DNA of 43,478 bases from Methanoculleus sp. Its GTDB lineage: Archaea; Halobacteriota; Methanomicrobia; Methanomicrobiales; Methanoculleaceae. Shown here piece after piece: positions 36,506-43,478 of the stretch (within the stretch, counting starts at the first letter, position 1; every line of letters starts with the position of its first letter). A program made the position numbers and the translations under genes. The stretch is taken from positions 1-43,478 of the forward strand of contig JALNXI010000001.1 of the NCBI GenBank assembly GCA_023230425.1, read 5' to 3'. The notes under the pieces were generated by a model. That model worked only from the letters and a program-made list of their open reading frames with translations. It did no database searches and had not been told where the DNA came from.

Positions 36506-37294
36506 ATGGACAAAAAGAGGGTCAAGGACTACATGACCTACGACGTCGTCACCGTCAACGCCCACGGAACGGTCCGCGACGTCATCGAAACCATAAAAAA
36601 GACACACCACGATGGATTTCCGGTCGTGGAGAACTCAAAGGAAGTGGTGGGCTACATATCGGCACGGGACCTCCTCTTCGCCCACCCGGCAACACCAATA
36701 GAGCAGGTGATGTCCCGCCACCTCATCGTTGCCGACCCGGATATGAGCGTGAACGATGCAGCCCGTGTCATCTTCCGTTCCGGCATCCAGAAACTCCCGG
36801 TCGTCGATGAGAAGAACGAACTCATCGGGATCATATCGAACGCCGATGTCATCAGGTCCCAGATCGAGCACGTCTCACCGGAGAAGGTCTTCAAGTTCAT
36901 CGAGACCTTGAAGAAACTCTACGGGGTCGAGCCGACGTTGCGAAGGGGCTCGGTCCCGATCAACGACCTCCTGCCCACCCAGTCAAAGATCTATGAGGAC
37001 GAACTGGAAGGGCGGATGTACGAGATCAAGAAGGGGCTCGCCGAACCCCTGATCGTGGTCAGGCGGCCGGGCCGCTGGATCCTGGTCGACGGGCACCACC
37101 GGGCAATCGCGGCGAAAAGGCTCGGGATCAAGAATCTTGACGCCTATATCATCGAGGTCAGGGAGAATATCGAGCTCGGTATGGAGCGGACGGCCCGGAC
37201 GCTCAACCTCACCACACTCGACGACATCAAGGTGCTCGATTACGCCCGCCATCCCCTCGTCGCGCTGACGCACCGGCTTGTTCGGCACGGCTAG
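36506..37294 (+). CDS. CBS-pair plus ParB/Srx-like domain protein
   Basis: Two CBS motifs, then LLPTQ...EPLIV...LVDGHHRAIAA; start taken as ATG 36506. Confidence 0.88.
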   Translation: MDKKRVKDYMTYDVVTVNAHGTVRDVIETIKKTHHDGFPVVENSKEVVGYISARDLLFAHPATPIEQVMSRHLIVADPDMSVNDAARVIFRSGIQKLPVVDEKNELIGIISNADVIRSQIEHVSPEKVFKFIETLKKLYGVEPTLRRGSVPINDLLPTQSKIYEDELEGRMYEIKKGLAEPLIVVRRPGRWILVDGHHRAIAAKRLGIKNLDAYIIEVRENIELGMERTARTLNLTTLDDIKVLDYARHPLVALTHRLVRHG

Positions 37295-37328
37295 TGCAAC
37301 GATTCCCAATTATCGGACTTATTTAGTA

Positions 37329-37566
37329 CTCGTCTCCCCTCCCGATGGGGCTGGTGCCGGATCCGGATCTTCCCCGGGCTCTCCCCCTGCGGTGGACCGT
37401 GGTGGCTATCGCCATTGGGGGAGAGGCTGACGGGGAGGGGGCCTGCTCCCTCCCCTGTCTCCACTCTCCAGGTATGCCGGTAAACCCCACCCCGCCCGGC
37501 CTCCGGCCTCCTCCCCCGCCCTGGGGGCGGGGGCAGTCATGGTGATACCTGGTGTGGGAAGCCGTG
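37329..37566 (+). repeat. GC-rich palindromic intergenic element, copy B
   Basis: Core 37485-37566 matches 15916-15997; hairpin CCCCCGCCC-TGG-GGGCGGGGG at 37513-37533. Confidence 0.8.
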
Positions 37567-37849
37567 CCCGGGCGTACTCCGGAGTATGACCTCCTGGAGC
37601 AGGTGTGCGAGATCCGATGGTGCTCTCTGGTTGTACTACATATTGAGAATCGTTGCACTAGCATCCTGGCGGATACCGGCGCCGGGGTTCGGCAAAAAGC
37701 CGGTGGTTGAGGTTATCTGCCGGGGGAGCTGTTGCGGTCGGGGCGTCATGCGGGACAGTATCGCAGGCGTTCCTCTCTCGCCTCCCCAGGGTGCGGCAGG
37801 GGGTGACTGCCGTCCTGGCTGACTAGGTATGGATATTGCTGGGTTCCCG

Positions 37850-38148
37850 CGAGTTTTATAAAAAAATATTGGATTACATCCTGTGTTCGGTGTCTGTTCA
37901 CCTGCCTGGAATGCCTCCCGGGAGCACTGGCCAAGGCAAGTATTTCCTGAGGTTTATGCGCTAAAATTGATCACGTTATATATAATTTTCTATTTTTATT
38001 TTGATTTCACAAATAGTATAAATTAGCGATTTCCTGTGATAATGGTCATTATTTTAATATTCTGATGTAATTCTGTTGTCCAATTAATTTGGAAAACGTT
38101 TTAAATCATAGGTTTCAGATAATGCAGTATCTCCCGAGAGGTGAGATA
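37850..38148 (+). promoter_or_regulatory. AT-rich promoter/regulatory region of the beta-helix gene
   Basis: Sharp drop in GC, several TATA-like boxes (e.g. TTATATATAA at 37976), palindrome AAAACGTTTT (38093-38102), RBS GAGGTGA before ATG 38149. Confidence 0.6.
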
Positions 38149-40737
38149 ATGCGAGATAAACGGACAACGAAGCTTCTAATCGCAGTGTTCCTGATCGTCG
38201 GGCTCGTCCCGATCGTCGGGGCACTCGAGACGACCCCCACCACGATTGTCGCGGCAAGCGACAGTAGTGCGGCCGATAAAGCAGCGGCTGCCTACGTCTG
38301 TGACGGGGTCAATGATCATGTGGAGATTCAGGCAGCACTGAATGCCCTGCCATCATCCGGCGGTGTTGTCCTCCTGACCAGCGGCACATACAACTGTGCA
38401 GGGATCATTGCTCCCAAAGCAGGCTCGACTCTCAAGGGGGAAGGTGAATCGGAGACATTCCTGAAATTCACCCGCGATGGACGCATCAACGTCGACCGCG
38501 AGTACATCACGCTGGACGGGTTCCACGTCCAGGGGAGCGGCTACAGCAGCGGCGTCAAGTGGCTCGGTGTGATGACCATCCGGGCAAGCCATGCGAAGCT
38601 CCATAACATCACGGGAACCGCGGATGCAAGCATTCAGGCGGTCTACCTCCTGGTCCATGATCCGACCGTCTATGCGCCGACGCTCCAGGATATCGAGTTC
38701 ATCAACTGCAGGGCCGTGGATACCGGGACGTATGGATTCCTCCACAACGCCTGGGGAACGACGAACAAGGTGATCAAGGACGTTCGCTATGAGAACTGTG
38801 CGGCGATCAACTGCGGCAAGTACGGGGCGTTCAACCCCTGGATCACCGGGTTTGACTTTGCGGAGTTGAACGACATGGATGGCCTCCGCGTGAAGAACTG
38901 CCTTGCTGAAGGCACCCTGGAGTCCGGGTTCCACTTCGAGTTCGATCCCAAAGTGACGAACGCCGTCCTTGAGAACTGCGTGAGCCGGAACAACGGGCAG
39001 AAAGCCTTCCCGGCAAGGGCCTACAACCCGAACGACATGTCGACGCACTACTTCGGGTGCGGCTACTACGCCCCGAACGCTGACGTGACGTTCATCAACT
39101 GCACGGCAGAAGGGAACTCCATGAACGGGTTCTACACGACGAACGGCGGCAAACTCTACAACTGCGTCGAGAAGGACACCGGCATCGGGAGGACCGATTT
39201 CTCCTATCGGGTGCCGGCCGGCTACTACAGCGTCCCGACCCGCTCGGTCAACCCCTCCACAGTGATGGAGAACTGCACGAGCATCACCTCGCGCGCCTAC
39301 GGCCTCCAGGTCGATCTCGCGAACAACGTGAAGATCCGGAACTTCCACCTGATCGACCCGGTCGGGTACAAGGGTAAGGGTTCCAGCCTCGGCGGCACGA
39401 ACGGCCAGTTTGACAACTCCGAGGTGAGCATCTATGCATCGGGCAACCGCGTGGAGACGCTCGTATGGGCGAAGGAGAACATGAACACCGTCTTCTCCGG
39501 ACAGATCGTCTCCGATGCCGCAAAGCCGTTCGTTGTTGAGGGCTACAGAACCAAGAATGTCCTCGTGAAGGATATGGAGATCGTCTCCAGCACACTTCCT
39601 GCCGGTTCCGCTGGTGTGACCATCGTGGGCACGGTTCCGGCCGGTCAGGCGACTCTCCAGAACGTGAAGGTGGTCTCCACCGGCTTGCCGGTGCCGACCC
39701 CGACCGTTCCGGCTCCCGTTCCGACCCCCACAACGCCGGCTCCCTCCGGAAAGCCGGACCTTGTGGTGACCGACATCTCCTGGGACCCGGCAAGCCCGGC
39801 CCCCGGGAGTGCGGTGACGCTCCGGGCCACGATCAAGAACCAGGGTGATGCCCCCACGCCTGCGGGTGTGAGGCACGGCGTCCTCTTCACGTTCGATGAC
39901 GGCGCCGCCGGTCCCGGTGTCTGGTCCGACACCCATACCGCGTCCATCGCTCCGGGTGCATGGGTTACGCTGACCGCGAACGGCGGCTCGACCGGTGCAA
40001 CCTGGAAGGCGATTGAGGGCACCCACACCGTGAAGGCCAACGTGGACGATCTCAACCGGATCGCCGAGAGCGACGAGGCAAACAACGTCAAGAGCGAGCA
40101 GATCACGGTCTCGAAGGCTGTGTCCACTCCGGCGCCGACCCCGACGCCCACCCCCACAACACCGGCTCCCTCCGGGAAACCGGATCTTGTGGTGACCGAC
40201 ATCTCCTGGGACCCGGCAACCCCGGCTCCCGGGGGTGCGGTGACGCTCCGGGCCACGGTCAAGAACCAGGGTACTGCTCCCACGCCTGCTGGCGTGAAGC
40301 ACGGCGTCCTCTTCACGTTCGATGACGGTGCCGCCGGTCCCGGTGTCTGGTCCGACACCCACACCGCGTCCATCGCCGCGGGTGCATCGGTCACCCTGAC
40401 CGCCAGCGGCGGCTCGGCCGGTGCAACCTGGAAGGCGATTGAGGGCACCCACATCGTGAAGGCCAACGTGGACGATGTCAACCGGATTGCAGAGAGCGAT
40501 GAGAACAACAACGTTATGAGTAAGGAGATCGTCGCCGGAACCCGGCCGGCTCCCGTCAGGGGAGACCTCAACGGAGATGGCAGCGTTGACTGGGCCGACG
40601 TGACGATCGTTGCCGAGATGGCGCAGGGAACTACTAAATCCAATGCCGTTGCCGATTTCGATGGAAACGGCACCGTGGACTGGAAGGATGTTGCTCTGCT
40701 TGCCGACTTCTTCTTCGGCAGAACTTCTTCTCTCTAA
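38149..40737 (+). CDS. Secreted right-handed beta-helix (pectate-lyase-like) protein with two CARDB domains and a C-terminal dockerin-like domain
   Basis: Signal peptide; CDGVNDHVEIQAAL N-terminus and recurring xxNCxA beta-helix turns; PT linkers; two KPDLVVTDISW...ESDExNN CARDB domains; GDLNGDGSVDWAD / ADFDGNGTVDWKD Ca-binding loops. Confidence 0.88.
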   Translation: MRDKRTTKLLIAVFLIVGLVPIVGALETTPTTIVAASDSSAADKAAAAYVCDGVNDHVEIQAALNALPSSGGVVLLTSGTYNCAGIIAPKAGSTLKGEGESETFLKFTRDGRINVDREYITLDGFHVQGSGYSSGVKWLGVMTIRASHAKLHNITGTADASIQAVYLLVHDPTVYAPTLQDIEFINCRAVDTGTYGFLHNAWGTTNKVIKDVRYENCAAINCGKYGAFNPWITGFDFAELNDMDGLRVKNCLAEGTLESGFHFEFDPKVTNAVLENCVSRNNGQKAFPARAYNPNDMSTHYFGCGYYAPNADVTFINCTAEGNSMNGFYTTNGGKLYNCVEKDTGIGRTDFSYRVPAGYYSVPTRSVNPSTVMENCTSITSRAYGLQVDLANNVKIRNFHLIDPVGYKGKGSSLGGTNGQFDNSEVSIYASGNRVETLVWAKENMNTVFSGQIVSDAAKPFVVEGYRTKNVLVKDMEIVSSTLPAGSAGVTIVGTVPAGQATLQNVKVVSTGLPVPTPTVPAPVPTPTTPAPSGKPDLVVTDISWDPASPAPGSAVTLRATIKNQGDAPTPAGVRHGVLFTFDDGAAGPGVWSDTHTASIAPGAWVTLTANGGSTGATWKAIEGTHTVKANVDDLNRIAESDEANNVKSEQITVSKAVSTPAPTPTPTPTTPAPSGKPDLVVTDISWDPATPAPGGAVTLRATVKNQGTAPTPAGVKHGVLFTFDDGAAGPGVWSDTHTASIAAGASVTLTASGGSAGATWKAIEGTHIVKANVDDVNRIAESDENNNVMSKEIVAGTRPAPVRGDLNGDGSVDWADVTIVAEMAQGTTKSNAVADFDGNGTVDWKDVALLADFFFGRTSSL
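39721..40514 (+). repeat. Intragenic tandem duplication of linker plus CARDB domain (period 426 nt)
   Basis: 39721-~40088 and 40147-~40514 are highly similar at both DNA and protein level. Confidence 0.92.
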
Positions 40738-40982
40738 CGTCTGTACCGGGAGCACGGGGATAACCCCTTCCCGCCTTCTTTTACCGCGGCCGCCACCCCA
40801 TACTCCGGCTGTGCGGCCCGTGGAGATCTTCTACCTGAAAATTCTCTCCTGTTTTGGTGAACACCGCCTGAGGCCGTGCCGGGCAGCACGGCGCGGAAGA
40901 GTTTCTCCCGCTGGCTCTGCAACCCCGGAGGGGCCGGAGCGGTGGATACATCTATATAGGTGTCACCAGATAGTGGCGGCCG

Positions 40983-42224
40983 ATGGCAGTAGCACTCCCC
41001 AAAAACTTCAGCGAGGTCAGGCAGCACTTACAGGAGCCGCTTATCAGGAACTCGTTCTTCATCATGGCGTCATCGTTCGCCGCAGCGGGGTTTGGATTCT
41101 TCTTCTGGATGATTGCAGCCCGGTTCTATTCACAGGCAGACGTGGGCATCGCAACCGCTCTGATGTCGTCCATGGGGCTCCTCATCCTCATCTCCCGGCT
41201 CGGCCTGGACCAGTCGGTGATCCGGTTCTTTCCCCTGCGCGACAAGAACAAGGTGCTCGGAACTGCCATCCTCGTGCCGACAGCAGTGGCGCTCGGTGCG
41301 GGGCTGGTCTTCATCGCCGTGGTCGATGTCGTATCCCCTGAGCTCACGGTTGTCAGAACGGTCGCGCCGCTCTATCTCATCTTCCTCGGAGCCTACTCCG
41401 TCACCTGGGTCCTCGAGGGTGCGTTCAACGCCATGCGGAAGTCGGAACACTATTTCATCCTGAACCTGCTCTACGGGTCGAGGATCCTCTTCCTCGTCCC
41501 CCTGGTCTTCCTTGGGGCAATGGGCATCTTCAGTGCCTTCGGTCTCTCGTTCGTCCTCGGGCTCATCCTCGCCCTCGTCCTGCTTGCCCGATGTTCGGTA
41601 CGGCCTGCACTGGGTGTGGACCGCGTCTTCCTCCGGGAAGCATGGCAGTTTTCCGCCGGCGCATACATCGCCGGGATACTGATGTCCGCTCCGAACATGG
41701 TCATCCCGATCATGGTACTCCACGTGCTCGGGGCCGAGAGTACCGCCAACTACTACATCACCTACGCGATCGTCTCGATACTCTTCATGATCCCCTATGC
41801 GTTCACGACCTCACTCTTCGTCGAGGGAAGCCACGGAGGGGAGATGAAGAAGAGCGTGCTCCGGACGCTCGCGAGCATGTTCGCCCTGCTCATACCCGCA
41901 ATCATCGGGCTCTCTCTCTTCGGGGAGCAGATCCTCAACCTGATCGGCAAGGACTACGTCGAAGGGATAGCCCTGCTCCAGGTGCTCGCGCTATCTGCCA
42001 TATTCGTCTCTGTCTGCCAGACCTTCATATCCATTGCAAAGGTCAGGAACGACATCCGGAGCCTTATAACCCTCAGCGGATTCGTCAGTGTCGCCCTGCT
42101 CGGGCTCGGCTACACCCTGATGCACCGGTTTGGCCTCATCGGTATGGGGTATGCGTGGCTCGGCACGTATGTGGCGGGCACGCTCCTCGTTGGCGTGATC
42201 CTGAAGAAGAAAGGGTGGATATAA
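40983..42224 (+). CDS. Oligosaccharide flippase (Wzx/RfbX-like)
   Basis: About 12 TM segments; NSFFIM..., GFFFW..AARFY, LGLDQSVIRF, YYITYAI, FGLIGMGYAW. Confidence 0.88.
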   Translation: MAVALPKNFSEVRQHLQEPLIRNSFFIMASSFAAAGFGFFFWMIAARFYSQADVGIATALMSSMGLLILISRLGLDQSVIRFFPLRDKNKVLGTAILVPTAVALGAGLVFIAVVDVVSPELTVVRTVAPLYLIFLGAYSVTWVLEGAFNAMRKSEHYFILNLLYGSRILFLVPLVFLGAMGIFSAFGLSFVLGLILALVLLARCSVRPALGVDRVFLREAWQFSAGAYIAGILMSAPNMVIPIMVLHVLGAESTANYYITYAIVSILFMIPYAFTTSLFVEGSHGGEMKKSVLRTLASMFALLIPAIIGLSLFGEQILNLIGKDYVEGIALLQVLALSAIFVSVCQTFISIAKVRNDIRSLITLSGFVSVALLGLGYTLMHRFGLIGMGYAWLGTYVAGTLLVGVILKKKGWI

Positions 42225-42378
42225 CTCATCATCCGCACCGGTGCAGGCCCCGGGCAGTATCCTCTCCGTTGCGAGGATAACTCCCGGTCACAAGAGTTTG
42301 TCTCCCCACGCCTATTCTGGTGGGAAGTTCCCGCGGATGCACGTCGCCTGGGGTCCAACCGCCACCGCCGTCCGCTCT

Positions 42379-43476
42379 TCACCGGTAGTAGACGACGGAA
42401 CCGGCATTATCGTAGATCCGATTCTGGTCCCGGACGAATCGTCCGGCATCGGCATAGGCCGCCGCAGTGACTGCGTGCTCCTGCACCTCGATCCGAACAC
42501 TCTCTTTTACGACATTATATGTACCGAAATACAGGTAGGAGTTCGGCTCCACCAGTGACGCATTTGCCGGGAGGTACCGCTGATGGTCCGGGTCGAATCC
42601 CAGCAGGAGCCACCAGCGTGTGCCGTCGACGTAGATGGGGCGCCCGCTCCCTTCGGAAAAGAGCCATTTTGCTCCTTGCACTTCTTTGCCGTTGAAGACC
42701 GGCTTATCCCCGGTGGTTTCAAGCGCCATCGATGTCGGGCTGTCATCCACGACCTGGTAGATGAGGCCGGTGTTGAAGAGGAAGAACACGACGAAGAATG
42801 CCGATAACATCTGATAAGCCGTTCCCATGAACGGAACGGCTCTGGCCGCGCGGATCCTCCCGGCTACTGCCTCGTAGAGCGCTATGCCGCCGATGATCGC
42901 GAACGGGGCAAGGAAGATCAGGGTGATGTGGTAGAGCCGGCTGGTGTTGAGCGAGCTTGCGAAGAACGGGACGATGATGCCGGCCACGTTGATGAGGAGG
43001 AAGACGAGCGAGACGGCGAGGTACTCGGGCTCGATGCGCCACCGTTCGCGCCTCGTGAGGGTTGCAAGCAGTCCCACAGCGATGAGCCCCTGGGTTGCGA
43101 TATGGACGACCTTTGCCAGGCTGTGCAGGGGTGTGATGGACTGGCTGGTGAGGATATGCATCCCCTGAACTGTTGTCGGGTTGAAGGACTCTGCAAAGAG
43201 GGTAGTTACTATCTTATCCCCGATACCGGCGATGGTAGCAAACGCCGTGCCTTCGGCTACCGTCGAGTACCAGAGATAGGTGAGGATGGCAAAGACGAGG
43301 ATGTAAGGGAGGACGAGCGTCCGGATCCGTGGTTGGGGGGTGGTTCCCTGCGGGGCGAGCGGGTCGTGCATCAGGGTGCCTGACACCCCGCGGAGTCTCT
43401 CCCGTATGCCGGCCGGCAGGTATTCCGGGAAGACGAGCAACAGCCATGCCGGTATGAGCGAGAAGAGGTAGATGTA
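42379..43476 (-). CDS. DUF2206-like multi-pass membrane protein (5' end outside the window)
   Basis: Frame open to the window edge; PFFASSLNTSRLYHITLIFLAPF and C-terminal NRIYDNAGS pattern typical of these archaeal glycosylation-cluster proteins. Confidence 0.75.
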   Translation of the reverse strand, partial: YIYLFSLIPAWLLLVFPEYLPAGIRERLRGVSGTLMHDPLAPQGTTPQPRIRTLVLPYILVFAILTYLWYSTVAEGTAFATIAGIGDKIVTTLFAESFNPTTVQGMHILTSQSITPLHSLAKVVHIATQGLIAVGLLATLTRRERWRIEPEYLAVSLVFLLINVAGIIVPFFASSLNTSRLYHITLIFLAPFAIIGGIALYEAVAGRIRAARAVPFMGTAYQMLSAFFVVFFLFNTGLIYQVVDDSPTSMALETTGDKPVFNGKEVQGAKWLFSEGSGRPIYVDGTRWWLLLGFDPDHQRYLPANASLVEPNSYLYFGTYNVVKESVRIEVQEHAVTAAAYADAGRFVRDQNRIYDNAGSVVYYR

Positions 43477-43478
43477 CG

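Noticed and set aside
38353-40755. 800-aa minus-strand ORF
   Set aside because: Antisense to the well-supported beta-helix/CARDB gene; a shadow ORF

Overview
GC-rich archaeal chromosomal segment, most consistent with a Methanomicrobiales methanogen such as Methanoculleus (inferred from gene content, not checked against a database). From left to right: (1) the 3' end of an ISAzo13-family IS inserted into the first of four tandem paralogous lipoprotein genes, which show position-specific hypervariability, mosaic relationships, and spacers more conserved than the genes; (2) leuC-leuD-leuB, divergent from bacterial-type mutS-mutL; (3) a small accessory patch with small ORFs, a PsbP-like protein, an ATPase-less S16/Lon protease, a MATE transporter and a YkgJ-type Cys-cluster gene that appears to start at CTG; (4) the conserved archaeal translation/SRP super-operon from rnp4 to hemK on the minus strand; (5) purN, a CNNM/hemolysin-family gene, a TIM-barrel epimerase, xseAB, a PAS histidine kinase, DUF371, a Zn-finger protein, thioredoxin, an FKBP-like protein, Hsp20 and a CBS-ParB/Srx protein; (6) the edge of a surface-glycan locus with a beta-helix/CARDB/dockerin protein, a flippase and a DUF2206-like protein. 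A GC-rich palindromic intergenic element occurs twice. No tRNA, rRNA or CRISPR array was recognised. The strongest candidate for an undescribed system is the variable lipoprotein array at 124-3443.
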